A DNA stretch of 64,000 nt from Nitrosopumilus sp. (GTDB taxonomy: Archaea; Thermoproteota; Nitrososphaeria; Nitrososphaerales; Nitrosopumilaceae). The stretch's first letter is position 1. The number at the start of each line of letters is the position of its first letter. The notes under the pieces were generated by a model. It saw nothing but the letters and a program-made list of their open reading frames with translations. It made no database searches and was not told where the DNA came from. The DNA is taken from NCBI GenBank assembly GCA_965205675.1, contig OZ242186.1, forward strand, positions 1,440,001 through 1,504,000, given 5' to 3'. The translations under genes and the position numbers were made by a program. Below are positions 10,418 to 21,189 of the stretch, piece by piece.

Positions 10418-10666
10418 TCATTTTGTCTTTACTGATTCAATTGAATCATAACTGGCCTGAATTAGTCGAAGTGTTGAATTTAGATTTGCTCTAAGATTAG
10501 TTATCTGTTCAGATTCGACTAAAATGAAAATTTGTTCATCAAAAATAATCCTAGTCCTTACAGGATTTTCAGGATAAAATTCATTATCAGTGTTTACAGA
10601 ATCAAAAATTGCTCGAGTCTTTTCTTTTGCATCAACTGTGATTTTAGCACTAAAGTTTAATGTCAT
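10418..10666 (-). CDS. pcc1: KEOPS complex subunit Pcc1
   Basis: LRA.LNS.LRLI motif; follows rpl37ae. Confidence 0.8.
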   Translation of the reverse strand: MTLNFSAKITVDAKEKTRAIFDSVNTDNEFYPENPVRTRIIFDEQIFILVESEQITNLRANLNSTLRLIQASYDSIESVKTK

Positions 10667-10862
10667 ACGCGGTTCCAGCTACTTTGTAGCTGCACTTTTT
10701 ACAAGACCAAATTCCAACAGCGTCACGTCCAAATGTTTGAGAACCACATTCAGGACAAGTTCGTTTTTCTTTTAGTTGAAGATGGATTTTGGTATATTGT
10801 TTTCTAAGTTTGATTCCATAACGAGCGCCCAATCCTTTAAGAGATTTTTTTGCTTTTGCCAT
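10650..10862 (-). CDS. rpl37ae: 50S ribosomal protein L37Ae (eL43)
   Basis: GARYG..LR, CPEC, GIWSCKKC..VAG.AY motifs. Confidence 0.95.
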   Translation of the reverse strand: MAKAKKSLKGLGARYGIKLRKQYTKIHLQLKEKRTCPECGSQTFGRDAVGIWSCKKCSYKVAGTAYDIKL

Positions 10863-10863
10863 T

Positions 10864-11682
10864 TTATTGACTACCTTGTTGAGATTCTTTTAATTGTTCT
10901 CTTATTTTTGCGCCTACACGGACAGATATTTCACCACAGCGATTAATTTCGTCTTGGGTAAATCCATCGCCACCGCCTTTTTGTAAAGCACAGATGTTTC
11001 CATCAGAATCACTGGTAATTGTAACACGGGCATCCATGCTATCCCATTCATCACCGTTTGGATCAACTACAATATGATTGCCAATTTTTCCCATAGTTAC
11101 AGATACAGGGATTGTAGATATTGGTAAGTTAATTTCTTCACCTTCAACCAGAGTTGGTTTTTCATCAACCCAATTCCATTTTGGGGTTTTAGATGTAAGT
11201 AATGCAGCCGTAGCAGCATAAGAGCAGGCATCAAAGAGATTCCCATCATAATCGACTACAACATTATCAGCAAATACGCCAATTACAGATTTATCTTTCT
11301 CAATTACTAGTTGAGTTACATCTATCATATGACTTTCTCTTATTCCTCTATCAACAACTCTGGCTAGTTCAATAACAGGAGGTTGTGGAGGACCTGTTTC
11401 AACAGTAGAATGTGAAAGAGGTAAAAGTTCAGCAGTACAGATGAAGAGACCTTTATCACCAGTATCTGGGAAAGGCCTATCAGGTTGAATCTTTACTCCA
11501 CATATAACTTCAGTATCCCCAAGACGAATTCTTGCCGAACCATTTGCTTTAGGAATTGCATTAGTTTCAATAATAATTTCACGGGATTCATCAAATGCAC
11601 GTCCATCAACTCGTTTTCCTTGTTCTAATAGTTCAAGAATTTGTGATTTCTTTAGTTCATCAATAACAGAAATAGATGTCAA
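10864..11682 (-). CDS. rrp42: Exosome subunit Rrp42
   Basis: RNase PH fold; ELARVVDRGIRES, DGNLFDA. Confidence 0.95.
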   Translation of the reverse strand: MTSISVIDELKKSQILELLEQGKRVDGRAFDESREIIIETNAIPKANGSARIRLGDTEVICGVKIQPDRPFPDTGDKGLFICTAELLPLSHSTVETGPPQPPVIELARVVDRGIRESHMIDVTQLVIEKDKSVIGVFADNVVVDYDGNLFDACSYAATAALLTSKTPKWNWVDEKPTLVEGEEINLPISTIPVSVTMGKIGNHIVVDPNGDEWDSMDARVTITSDSDGNICALQKGGGDGFTQDEINRCGEISVRVGAKIREQLKESQQGSQ

Positions 11683-11684
11683 TT

Positions 11685-12419
11685 TTAATCTCCTCCGTTT
11701 CCAAAGTATTTGTCATGGAGTGCTTTCTTTTGCAAGTCATAAACGATTTTGCAACCTTGCACTCCCACATCTACACATTTCTTGTATTCTTCAGGAGTCA
11801 GAACTCCATCTAATTGTAGTAGAGTGATTTTTTCTAAACTTGGCATGTAGCCAATTGGCATATCTGCCTGACCAGCTTGATCTTCTTCATTATTAACGTC
11901 AAGAATTACAGTATCTGCAACTTTTCCTGCTGCAATTGCTGCAACCATATCTCGCATAGGAATACCTGCATCAGCTAAAGCTACAGAAGCTGCAGAAAGG
12001 GCAGCACATCTAGTTCCACCATCAGCTTGCAATACTTCGATAAACACGTCAACTGCTGTTCTTGGGAATTTTTCTAGCATCACTGCAGGTTCTAATGCTT
12101 CTTTGATTACTTTGGAAATTTCAATTTCTCTTCTTGAAGGTGCAGGATTTTTTCGTTCACCAACAGAAAAGGGTTCCATATGATATCTAACACGTAAGAT
12201 TCCAGTATCAGTATTTGACATGTGTTTTGGATGTACGTCACGTGGACCGAAGACTCCAACTAGAATTTTGTTATCGCCAAATTCAATGTATGCTGAGCCA
12301 TCAGCATTTTTTAGCCCACCAGCTTTTATCATAATTCGTCGTGGTTCATCTATCTTACGGCCATCACAACGAATACCATTCTCGTCCAGTAGGACCATTG
12401 TTGCGTCTCGTCCGCCCAT
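11685..12419 (-). CDS. rrp41: Exosome subunit Rrp41
   Basis: ADGSAY, PSRREIEIS, DGGTR motifs. Confidence 0.95.
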   Translation of the reverse strand: MGGRDATMVLLDENGIRCDGRKIDEPRRIMIKAGGLKNADGSAYIEFGDNKILVGVFGPRDVHPKHMSNTDTGILRVRYHMEPFSVGERKNPAPSRREIEISKVIKEALEPAVMLEKFPRTAVDVFIEVLQADGGTRCAALSAASVALADAGIPMRDMVAAIAAGKVADTVILDVNNEEDQAGQADMPIGYMPSLEKITLLQLDGVLTPEEYKKCVDVGVQGCKIVYDLQKKALHDKYFGNGGD

Positions 12420-13102
12420 TATGATTCATCATCCTTTATTTCTAACATTTCTTTCACTTGATCAGTTAAATTAGCAACATGTGCTTTTTCATTAATCATT
12501 TCAATTGCTTTTTTGGCCTTTAATAATCCCTCTGGAGATTCACAAGAAACAACCACCCAACCGTTTTGGCCAATAGTAACTGCTGCATTAGTAGCCATTT
12601 CTATCATCTGAATCATACTACCTCTCTTACCAATTAGACGGGGAACTTTGCTAGGTGAAATTTTTACCAAGTCGCCAGAGTCAATTTGACCTAAATCTCT
12701 ATCAGAAATTGTCACTAGGGGATCTCTTGTTCTATCAAAATTAGCTATTCTTGCTGCAACCAAATCGCCAGATTTTAGTTTAGATGCGAGTTCATCAGCA
12801 TGAGCAGAAAAATCTCGTCCAAATACATCTTGAGCAGGCAAGAATCCAACATAGCAAGAATTGATATCTAATTCCCAAGACAATGAGGTATGTGAGATTA
12901 CTTTACCAATTACAAGATCGTTGATTTTAGGGATGTATTTTCCAGTTAATGGGATAACTTTAACAGAATCATCATAAATTTCAGAAATACCAATAGTTGT
13001 AGAAATTATCTTATTTCCATCTAACACTACATTTTGTTCAGGTCTAAAAGGTCCAGTGGTTACAACATCGCCAGGAATAACGTATTTTCTTTTATTATCC
13101 AT
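12419..13102 (-). CDS. rrp4: Exosome RNA-binding subunit Rrp4
   Basis: S1 plus KH domains (VPRLIGKRGSM, GQNG). Confidence 0.95.
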   Translation of the reverse strand: MDNKRKYVIPGDVVTTGPFRPEQNVVLDGNKIISTTIGISEIYDDSVKVIPLTGKYIPKINDLVIGKVISHTSLSWELDINSCYVGFLPAQDVFGRDFSAHADELASKLKSGDLVAARIANFDRTRDPLVTISDRDLGQIDSGDLVKISPSKVPRLIGKRGSMIQMIEMATNAAVTIGQNGWVVVSCESPEGLLKAKKAIEMINEKAHVANLTDQVKEMLEIKDDES

Positions 13103-13788
13103 TATTGGATTACCTCAACTGTGGCAGAACCCTTAGTTATAGAACCTAATCTGTCTATCACATTGGGTCTTGCCGCAGCGGGTATTTCAAGTATTGCTTT
13201 TAGAGAGCCATTATTTTGCCATTCTTCTTTTTTGAGTGAACCAACTGATTTTAAAACCGCATATGATTGAGATGCAAACTGTGCAGGAATAGTAATTTCC
13301 AATTCTAAACTTTCAGATTTGAGGGCAATTATTAAACGTAATTTTTGGACAATGTCTCTGACTTGTTCATCGACATTTTTTTGGGGATCGACTGAAATTC
13401 GACCATCTTTCATAGCCTGTTCGATTCTTAGTGGAGGATGAGGAAAATGTGTTTTTGGATCAACATAGGTCTTAGCAATAAAGGTGACAATTTGTTTTTT
13501 CTTGTCTTCTATCATCTTTCTTCTTTGATCAGTAGTAAGATTCAGATCGCCTTTCTCAAGAATAATTTGAGCAATTTCACTCTGATCTTCAGTTTTGAAT
13601 GCTTTTAGTAATTTCTCAGAAGAGGGTCTAGAACCTTTTCCAGAATCAGTATAAATTTCATCAGATACCAATACAGCAGAAATATCTTTTTTCTTGCCCA
13701 TTTTGTAATCCAAGGCAGGATCAGGTTTTACCATAATCTCAAATTTTTCCCCTTCAAAAGAGTATCTCACTAATGTTACATCAACCAT
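13102..13788 (-). CDS. Ribosome maturation factor SBDS/Sdo1
   Basis: KFEI, LTTDQRR, PHPP.RI motifs; exosome operon context. Confidence 0.95.
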   Translation of the reverse strand: MVDVTLVRYSFEGEKFEIMVKPDPALDYKMGKKKDISAVLVSDEIYTDSGKGSRPSSEKLLKAFKTEDQSEIAQIILEKGDLNLTTDQRRKMIEDKKKQIVTFIAKTYVDPKTHFPHPPLRIEQAMKDGRISVDPQKNVDEQVRDIVQKLRLIIALKSESLELEITIPAQFASQSYAVLKSVGSLKKEEWQNNGSLKAILEIPAAARPNVIDRLGSITKGSATVEVIQ

Positions 13789-13875
13789 TCCTACAATAGT
13801 AACAGAGATTTACTATTTATCTATAAGGAAAACTAGCTAGATTTTTATGTGGATTTTGAAGATTTTCTTCAAGAT

Positions 13876-14514
13876 TTGTCATCCTTAGAGGTAATTAGTA
13901 AAGATAATCAGAAAATGGCTGTAAAGCTAAAAGGCATACCATTGCAGTATGCAAATGCACTTAGACGTGTATGTCTTAATGGAGTTCCAGTTTTTGCAAT
14001 TGATACTGTAGATATTATTGAAAATTCTTCAGTATTACCAGATGAAGGACTAGCACACAGACTAGGACTTGTTCCATTAATAACAGATCTGGCTAGATTT
14101 AACGAGCCATCCAAATGTGAGTGTCAAAGTGAGGCAGGGTGTTCAAATTGTAGAGTGATGTTAGTCTTAGATTCAGGAGATTCAGACATCACAAGAACAG
14201 TTCTTTCAGATGAATTATCATCAGAAGATGATTCAATTAAACCAACTTCAGATAAAATTCCAATAGTTCAACTAGCGCCAGGCCAGAAAATCAAAATCGA
14301 GTGCTATGCAAGACTAGGACGCGGAACAGAGCATGCAAAATGGAATGCTTCAACAATTTCAACACTTACAGATACTGAGAAAGAAGATGTCAAAGTTTTA
14401 ACCGTCGAATCAACTGGAGCTCTTAATCCAGAGCAGATCATTATCTCAGGGGTAGACGAAGTAAGTAATAGAATAGGCCAATTCAAAGAGATGATTGGCC
14501 AAGTTGAAGAGTAA
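13876..14514 (+). CDS. rpoD: DNA-directed RNA polymerase subunit D (Rpo3)
   Basis: NALRR, N.SVL.DE.LAHRLGL, HAKW; TTG at 13876 preferred over 13849. Confidence 0.95.
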   Translation: MSSLEVISKDNQKMAVKLKGIPLQYANALRRVCLNGVPVFAIDTVDIIENSSVLPDEGLAHRLGLVPLITDLARFNEPSKCECQSEAGCSNCRVMLVLDSGDSDITRTVLSDELSSEDDSIKPTSDKIPIVQLAPGQKIKIECYARLGRGTEHAKWNASTISTLTDTEKEDVKVLTVESTGALNPEQIIISGVDEVSNRIGQFKEMIGQVEE

Positions 14515-14559
14515 ACTAAGCATAGGCATTATATTTGGGTTTCAAACCGCATTATTCAC

Positions 14560-14907
14560 ATGACTAATCAAGTCGTTATACGTATGGCAAAGGATTTAAA
14601 GAAAGCATCTACAAAAGAGAATGCGCCAATTTGGGCAAAATTGGCAGAATATGCGTTAAAACCATCAATTGCCAGAAGAGATCTCAATTTGAATAGAATT
14701 AACCAATTAACCAAAGAAAACGATATCGTAGTATTTCCAGGCAAAGTTCTCGGAGCAGGCAATATTTCTCACAAAATTACATTGTTCTCATTTTCAATTT
14801 CAGATTCTGCAGCAACTAAAATTATTGAAAATGGTGGAAAACTAATCAGTCATTCAGATTTGATTGAGCAAAATCCAACTGGAAAAGGAGTGGTACTACT
14901 TGGCTAA
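14560..14907 (+). CDS. rpl18e: 50S ribosomal protein L18e
   Basis: PGKVLG.G motif; operon order. Confidence 0.95.
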   Translation: MTNQVVIRMAKDLKKASTKENAPIWAKLAEYALKPSIARRDLNLNRINQLTKENDIVVFPGKVLGAGNISHKITLFSFSISDSAATKIIENGGKLISHSDLIEQNPTGKGVVLLG

Positions 14908-15397
14908 CGGAAGAATAAACAAACCCACCAGAAGGACTGAACAAAAAACAATCGTAAGAACAGACAGACCGATTGTAGTAGATGCAACAGATCACATTGC
15001 TGGAAGATTAGCATCAAATGTAGCAAAATTACTAATGAAAGGAAATAGAGTATCAGTTGTGAATTGTGAAAAAATTATGATGAGTGGAACAAGGAGTAAT
15101 CAAATTAAAGAATATAGAGAATTTTTAGAGATTAACAGTATCATCAATTACAAACACGGACCAGTTCACTATAGAAGACCAGATACGGTAATGGCAAAAA
15201 TGATTCGTCAAATGTTACCCTTTGATAGAAAACCATCAGGAAAAGAAGCACATCAAAGACTTAGAACATACATTGGCTCACCTAAAGAAATCAAGTCATT
15301 AGAAAAGATTCGGTTTGAAAAAGCAAAAATAAGAAAGACACCATCAAACTATACAGAGTTAGGAGAATTATGTAGAGTAGTGGGGTGGACTAAATGA
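14900..15397 (+). CDS. rpl13: 50S ribosomal protein L13
   Basis: VVDA..H.AGRLAS..AK.L; TTG start after a GGAGTGGT RBS. Confidence 0.95.
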   Translation: MANGRINKPTRRTEQKTIVRTDRPIVVDATDHIAGRLASNVAKLLMKGNRVSVVNCEKIMMSGTRSNQIKEYREFLEINSIINYKHGPVHYRRPDTVMAKMIRQMLPFDRKPSGKEAHQRLRTYIGSPKEIKSLEKIRFEKAKIRKTPSNYTELGELCRVVGWTK

Positions 15398-15843
15398 CAA
15401 CTCCAAAAACTGAAATTTATTTTGCAACTAGAAAAACAGCTAGTGCCCATGTTTATATTACTAAAGGTAAAGGCAAAGTCCGAATTAACAACATCCCAGT
15501 AGAAATGATTCCACAAGAAACTGCACGAGAAGTAATTCTTGCACCATTGGAAATTACAGGGGATTTGAGAGATAAGATAGATATCTCTGTAAGGGTAAGA
15601 GGAGGAGGTTTTATGGGCCAAGCAAGTGCAACAGCAACAGGAATTTCAAGAGCCTTAACAGGATGGACAAAATCTAAAAAAGAACCAAGAGATCATCCCT
15701 TCCCAAAATCAATCAGGGAAGACCTTAGAAAAAGAATCACTGATTTTGATAAATATCTAGTCAGTGGAGACGCCAGAAGAAAAGAACCAAAGAAATTTGG
15801 CGGACCTAGTGCAAGAAGAAGAAAGCAGAAATCATACCGTTAG
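15394..15843 (+). CDS. rps9: 30S ribosomal protein S9
   Basis: GGGFMGQA; C-terminal ARRRKQKSYR. Confidence 0.97.
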   Translation: MTTPKTEIYFATRKTASAHVYITKGKGKVRINNIPVEMIPQETAREVILAPLEITGDLRDKIDISVRVRGGGFMGQASATATGISRALTGWTKSKKEPRDHPFPKSIREDLRKRITDFDKYLVSGDARRKEPKKFGGPSARRRKQKSYR

Positions 15844-15846
15844 GCT

Positions 15847-16566
15847 GTGAAAGCTGTAATTCTTGCAGGCGGCAAAGGAACCAGAGGCAAACCATATACA
15901 GAATATTTTCCAAAAGCAATGATTCCCATCAATGGAAAACCATTGATATCTTATGTTGTAAAATATTTGAAATCATTCAAATTTATAGATGAAGTAATAA
16001 TCCTATCAGATTTTAAAGGCATAGGAGGACAAATCAAAAATTATTATGAAAACCAAAAAAACATCACTTTTGTTCAAGACTCTCAAAGCGGAACTGGAGG
16101 CGATTTGTTACATATTGCAAACAAGATTAAAAATGAATCAGAATTTGTGTTATGGTTTGTAGATAATTTGTGTGCAATTGATCTTAAGAAAATGAAAGAG
16201 CAATTTAGAAGAAAGAATAGCTTTGCATGTATTGCAACTAGAACAAAAAGAAAAGAAGAAACAGGATTTGCAAGAGTAGAAGATGGGATGATAAAAGAAT
16301 TTAAAGAAAAGCCAGTAATGAAATTACAATTATCAGAGTGTCTTGGAATCTATATGCTTGAAAAAGACATCATAAAGAAGATCAAAACAAAGCAAAAGCA
16401 AAAACAGATCAACCTCTCATTTGATATTTTGCAAGAATTATCAAAAGAGGGAAAAGTCAGTGCATTTGACATTGGAAACAACGAATGGATAGATGCAGAA
16501 TCACCAACGATATTAGACAGAAATGAAAAAACAGTAAAGCAGATTATAAAACAGATGGGATTTTAG
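15847..16566 (+). CDS. Sugar-phosphate nucleotidyltransferase
   Basis: KAVILAGGKGTR...PKAMIP motif. Confidence 0.9.
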   Translation: MKAVILAGGKGTRGKPYTEYFPKAMIPINGKPLISYVVKYLKSFKFIDEVIILSDFKGIGGQIKNYYENQKNITFVQDSQSGTGGDLLHIANKIKNESEFVLWFVDNLCAIDLKKMKEQFRRKNSFACIATRTKRKEETGFARVEDGMIKEFKEKPVMKLQLSECLGIYMLEKDIIKKIKTKQKQKQINLSFDILQELSKEGKVSAFDIGNNEWIDAESPTILDRNEKTVKQIIKQMGF

Positions 16567-17128
16567 ACTGTTTTTCAAATTCTAGAATTCTATCTTCATA
16601 TTGAAAAGTTTGTGCAATATCATCTAGTCCTTCTAAAAGAATTTTTTTCTTGTAATGGTCAATCTCAAAAGGGATTTCTTTAGAAGACGTTTTGATAGTT
16701 TGGTTTTCTAAATCCACTTCAACTAAACCAATCTCTTGTTGAAGTTTTTCCACAATTTTTTGGTCCAATATGATGGGCAAAACACCATTTTTGAAACAAT
16801 TACTAAAGAAAATATCTGCAAATGAAGGGGCAACGATAACAGAAAAACCATAATCTAGTAAAGCCCATACAGCATGCTCACGACTAGAACCACAACCGAA
16901 ATTATCTCCTGCAACAAGAATTTGAGAATTTCCATATTTTGAGTCATTTAGTATGAAATCGGGTTTTTTGTTTTCATTTTCATCATACCTCCAATTAAAA
17001 AATAAAAATTTTCCAAATCCTGATTTTTGAACTAATTTTAAGAATTGTTTGGGAATAATTTGATCAGTATCAACATTTACCTTATCAAGAGGAGTGACAA
17101 TACTAGATATTTTTTTAAAAGATTCCAT
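16544..17128 (-). CDS. leuD: 3-isopropylmalate dehydratase small subunit (bacterial type)
   Basis: [24 protein letters not shown]. Confidence 0.93.
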   Translation of the reverse strand: MESFKKISSIVTPLDKVNVDTDQIIPKQFLKLVQKSGFGKFLFFNWRYDENENKKPDFILNDSKYGNSQILVAGDNFGCGSSREHAVWALLDYGFSVIVAPSFADIFFSNCFKNGVLPIILDQKIVEKLQQEIGLVEVDLENQTIKTSSKEIPFEIDHYKKKILLEGLDDIAQTFQYEDRILEFEKQSKIPSVL

Positions 17129-17129
17129 G

Positions 17130-18545
17130 TTAATTCAAGTCCAAGTTCCTTACATCCACAAAATGTCCTTCAATAGCAGCAGCTGCTGCCATAACCGGAC
17201 TTACCAAATGGGTTAGTCCACCAGTACCTTGCCTACCCTCAAAGTTTCGATTTGAAGTACTTGCACAACGCTCACCAGGAGATAAAATATCAGGATTCAT
17301 TCCAAGACACATACTACAACCAGATTCTCGCCATTCAAAATTTGCATCAATGAAGATTTTATCTAATCCCATTTCTTCAGCTTGTTTTTTTACCATTTGC
17401 GAGCCGGGCACAACCATTGCAGTTACATTTGAAGCAATTTTTTGTCCTTTGATTACTTTTGATGCCGCAATAAGATCTTCTAATCTAGCATTAGTACATG
17501 AACCAATAAACACTCTGTCAATTTTGATATCTTCAATTGCAGTCCCAGGTTCTAAATCCATGTAATCAAGAGCCTTTTTAGCTCCTTTCTTTTGATTTGC
17601 ATCACCTTTAGAGAATTCATCCGGAGACGGAATAGATTCAGTCACATCACATGTCATTTCAGGATTTGTACCCCAACTTACTTGAGGCGCAATATCATCA
17701 ATGTGTAAAATGAATTGTTTTTCAAACTTTGCATCACTATCACTTTTAAGATGATCTTTCCATGAATCCACCAAAGATTCGTAATTCTTGGGAGTGTACT
17801 CTCTATCTCTCAAATAATCAAAAGTCTTTTTATCAGGTGCTATCAAACCGGCTCTGGCACCTGCCTCAATAGACATATTACAAATAGTCATTCTTTGCTC
17901 CATTGAAAGATCAGTTATTCCTTGACCACGATATTCAATTACAGTGCCTGTACCACCTCCAGTACCAATGTTTTTGATAATAGATAGCACAATATCCTTG
18001 GCAGTGACTGCATGAATGTTCTTTCGTTTTCCTTCAACTCTAATTTCAAAAGGTTTTGGCTTTTCAAGCCATATGGTTTGAGAGGCTAAGACATGTTCAA
18101 CATCACTTGTTCCAATACCAAGAGCAAGAGCTCCAAATGCTCCATGTGTAGATGTATGGCTATCACCACAAACAATAGTAGAGCCAGGCAACGTTATCCC
18201 CAGCTGAGGACCAATCACATGCACAATTCCTTGATTAGGACTATTAACATCAAATAATTTTATTCCGAAATCTTTACAATTCTTTTCCAGGGTTTTGATT
18301 TGCACATAAGAGGTTTGATCTAAAATTGGAAGTGAACGATCAGTTGTTTGAACATTATGATCCATGGTCGCAATTGTAAGATCAGGCCGTCGGACTTGCC
18401 TATTATTCATACGCAATCCATCAAAAGCTTGAGGAGAGGTTACTTCATGAACAAGATGCCTGTCAATGTAAATTAATGATGGATCATTTTGTTTTTCAAC
18501 AACCATATGAGAGTCCCAAATCTTTTCAAAAAGTGTTGTTCCCAT
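17130..18545 (-). CDS. leuC: 3-isopropylmalate dehydratase large subunit (bacterial type)
   Basis: [36 protein letters not shown]; start set at MGTTLFEK. Confidence 0.95.
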   Translation of the reverse strand: MGTTLFEKIWDSHMVVEKQNDPSLIYIDRHLVHEVTSPQAFDGLRMNNRQVRRPDLTIATMDHNVQTTDRSLPILDQTSYVQIKTLEKNCKDFGIKLFDVNSPNQGIVHVIGPQLGITLPGSTIVCGDSHTSTHGAFGALALGIGTSDVEHVLASQTIWLEKPKPFEIRVEGKRKNIHAVTAKDIVLSIIKNIGTGGGTGTVIEYRGQGITDLSMEQRMTICNMSIEAGARAGLIAPDKKTFDYLRDREYTPKNYESLVDSWKDHLKSDSDAKFEKQFILHIDDIAPQVSWGTNPEMTCDVTESIPSPDEFSKGDANQKKGAKKALDYMDLEPGTAIEDIKIDRVFIGSCTNARLEDLIAASKVIKGQKIASNVTAMVVPGSQMVKKQAEEMGLDKIFIDANFEWRESGCSMCLGMNPDILSPGERCASTSNRNFEGRQGTGGLTHLVSPVMAAAAAIEGHFVDVRNLDLN

Positions 18546-18546
18546 T

Positions 18547-19038
18547 TTAATCCTGTTCTGGTTTATACTTGAAGAGGCCGCCAGCAGCAATTATTTTTCC
18601 AATAATTTCTGAAAAAGGTTTCATTTTGTATGTCTGATTTTTTGTGATGTTTTTAATTTCATTAGCATCGACATCGATTGTTACCTCATCTCCTTCTGAA
18701 ATGCCATCATAAGCATCATGCCCTATTTCAATAGGTAACAAAAATGCTCCATCAACAGCATTTCTATAAAAGATTCTTGCAAAAGATAGTGCTAAAACGG
18801 CCTTTATTCCAGAATGAGATAATGCAATAGGGGCATGTTCCCTAGAAGAACCACAGCCAAAATTTTTACCAGATAAAATAAAATCACCTTCTTTTACTTT
18901 GGAATGAAAATCAGGATCCAATCCTTCCATTGCATGTGTTGCAAGTTCTGCATAGTCATGTACTTTGAGATATTGACCGGGAATTATGACATCAGTGTCA
19001 ATGTTATCTTGAGCGTATTTTATGACGTTGCCTTTCAT
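18547..19038 (-). CDS. LeuD/HacB-type aconitase-family small subunit (archaeal type)
   Basis: [31 protein letters not shown]. Confidence 0.9.
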   Translation of the reverse strand: MKGNVIKYAQDNIDTDVIIPGQYLKVHDYAELATHAMEGLDPDFHSKVKEGDFILSGKNFGCGSSREHAPIALSHSGIKAVLALSFARIFYRNAVDGAFLLPIEIGHDAYDGISEGDEVTIDVDANEIKNITKNQTYKMKPFSEIIGKIIAAGGLFKYKPEQD

Positions 19039-20306
19039 TACAAATCCCTCGGATCAGTGATTTTTCCAGTCACAGCAGAGGCGGCAGCTACTAACGGAGA
19101 TGCAAGATATGTCTGAGATTCCACATGGCCCATTCTGCCAGGGAAGTTTCGGTTTGTAGTACTAATGCAAATTTCATCTTTTGCCAAAACCCCCATGTGA
19201 GCACCGCAACATGCACCACAGGTAGGAGGTCCAACAGTAACTCCAGCATCCAAGAAAATCTTCAACAATCCATTCTCCATAGATCTTTGATAAATCGAAA
19301 TTGCAGCAGGTAAAATTTCTGTTCTAATTTTTACCTTTTTTCCTTTAAGAATTTTTGCAACAGCTTCTAAATCTTCGTATTTTGCTCCAGTGCAAGAACC
19401 AATGTAAGATTTATCCAATTCAACAGAAGGAGCTTCTCTTACAACACATGTGTTTTCAGGGGAGAATGGTTTTGCCACTGTGGGTTCTATTTCTGAACTT
19501 TCAAACTCAAAAACTTTAGCATATTCAGCATCAGCATCACCTTTTATCAAATTCATATTAGTTGCACCTCTTTGAGTAAGATAGTCTACTACTTTTTGAT
19601 CGGGCTCAACGATACCGTTCTTTGCACCAGCTTCTGTAGTCATGTTACATAACGTCAATCTACTTTCTACAGACATTTCATCAATGCCGGTACCTCCAAA
19701 CTGCATCGTTTGATATGCCCCACCATCAGTCCCAATTTCTCCAATAATTTTTAAAATTAGATCTTTGGCCATTACATGACTAGGCAATTTTCCATTTAGC
19801 TTAAAGTAACAAGTCTCAGGAACTTTGAACCAAATTTCCCCATTTAATAAGACATAAGCAATATCAGTGTGTCCCAAACCGCAAGCAAATGCACCTAATG
19901 CACCAGTAGTGTTTGTATGAGAATCCCCACCAACATAAACATCACCAGGCATTACCATTGCCTCTTCATGAGAAATGGTGTGGCAAATTCCATATTGACC
20001 CATTCCATATTTGAAATGTTTTTCAATTCCATAATTTTTGGTAAAATTAGATAATTTTACAATATTTTCAGCAGAAATTTTTTCAGCAGAAGGAACAAAA
20101 TGATCTTCGGCCACCCAAACCTTAGATGAATCCCATAATTTATCGACAGAAATCCCTTGCTTTTTTAGCTTATCAAATACCTTAAGCACACCAGGTCCAG
20201 ATACGTCATGCATCATAACCTTGTCAACTTTAGCAAAAACCACGTCATCTGGAGCAACTGAAGGTTTTCCAGCACCACGAGCAAGAATCTTCTCAACAAT
20301 ATTCAT
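19038..20306 (-). CDS. LeuC/HacA-type aconitase-family large subunit (archaeal type)
   Basis: DSHT, GSCTG, CGACCG, TTNRNFPGRMG. Confidence 0.9.
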   Translation of the reverse strand: MNIVEKILARGAGKPSVAPDDVVFAKVDKVMMHDVSGPGVLKVFDKLKKQGISVDKLWDSSKVWVAEDHFVPSAEKISAENIVKLSNFTKNYGIEKHFKYGMGQYGICHTISHEEAMVMPGDVYVGGDSHTNTTGALGAFACGLGHTDIAYVLLNGEIWFKVPETCYFKLNGKLPSHVMAKDLILKIIGEIGTDGGAYQTMQFGGTGIDEMSVESRLTLCNMTTEAGAKNGIVEPDQKVVDYLTQRGATNMNLIKGDADAEYAKVFEFESSEIEPTVAKPFSPENTCVVREAPSVELDKSYIGSCTGAKYEDLEAVAKILKGKKVKIRTEILPAAISIYQRSMENGLLKIFLDAGVTVGPPTCGACCGAHMGVLAKDEICISTTNRNFPGRMGHVESQTYLASPLVAAASAVTGKITDPRDL

Positions 20307-20378
20307 ATTGAAAAAAGCTCGTCTTACAGATTAAAAGCTTTTCAGAACAATAAAAAAGAAAAAGAACCTCAGAATATT

Positions 20379-21155
20379 ATGCAGTTGACAGTTTTGCCAC
20401 TTTTAGCAGAAAGAATGGAGATGAAATTTGACGTTTTTGGAACGTTGTTAAAAACACTTCAAAGCAATAATGCAAGATTAGAGGAAGGGGATGTCCTAGT
20501 AATATCTACAAAGTACATCTCAAATTCACAGGGAAGAATTGTGGATTTGGACGAAATTACAACATCAGAAGAAGGTCTAAGAATTTCAAAGAAATTCCAA
20601 TTAAAATCAGAGATTGCAGAAATCATCATAAGAGAATCAGATAAAATTTTTGGAGGAATTGGAGGATTTGTAATTACATCATCAAATAATATAATGGCCC
20701 CCAATGCAGGAATCGATAAATCAAATGCAAAAAAAGGCAGAGCTATACTATACCCAGCAGAGCCATATCTGACAGCAGAAGAAATTCGCAGAAAAATTTT
20801 CTTAAAATTCTTTATTCATGTAGGGATTATTCTAGCAGACAGCAGATTGATGCCCGCAAGAATTGGTACATCAGGCGTTGCAGTAGCTTGTGCCGGAATT
20901 GAACCAGTCTTAGATATGAGAGCGAAAAAAGATCTTAATGGCAATCCATTAAAAGTTACATTTCAAGCAGTAGCGGATAGTCTTGCTACAATTGCAAATC
21001 ACAAAATGGGGGAAGGTGCAGAATCAAAACCATTTGCGATAATTAAAAACTCAGAAGCAAATCTCACAGACAGAAAAATCCATCCATCAGAAATGACAAT
21101 TTCCCCTGATCAATGTGTGTATGTGAGAGGATTATCAAATCCTCCAAAACTTTAA
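20379..21155 (+). CDS. cofE: Coenzyme F420-0:L-glutamate ligase
   Basis: NAGIDKSN, DS...P.R.G, DLNGNPL, MGEG.E. Confidence 0.9.
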   Translation: MQLTVLPLLAERMEMKFDVFGTLLKTLQSNNARLEEGDVLVISTKYISNSQGRIVDLDEITTSEEGLRISKKFQLKSEIAEIIIRESDKIFGGIGGFVITSSNNIMAPNAGIDKSNAKKGRAILYPAEPYLTAEEIRRKIFLKFFIHVGIILADSRLMPARIGTSGVAVACAGIEPVLDMRAKKDLNGNPLKVTFQAVADSLATIANHKMGEGAESKPFAIIKNSEANLTDRKIHPSEMTISPDQCVYVRGLSNPPKL

Positions 21156-21189
21156 CCTAGAAATCTAGTTCTGCTTTAAATAGAGCAAT

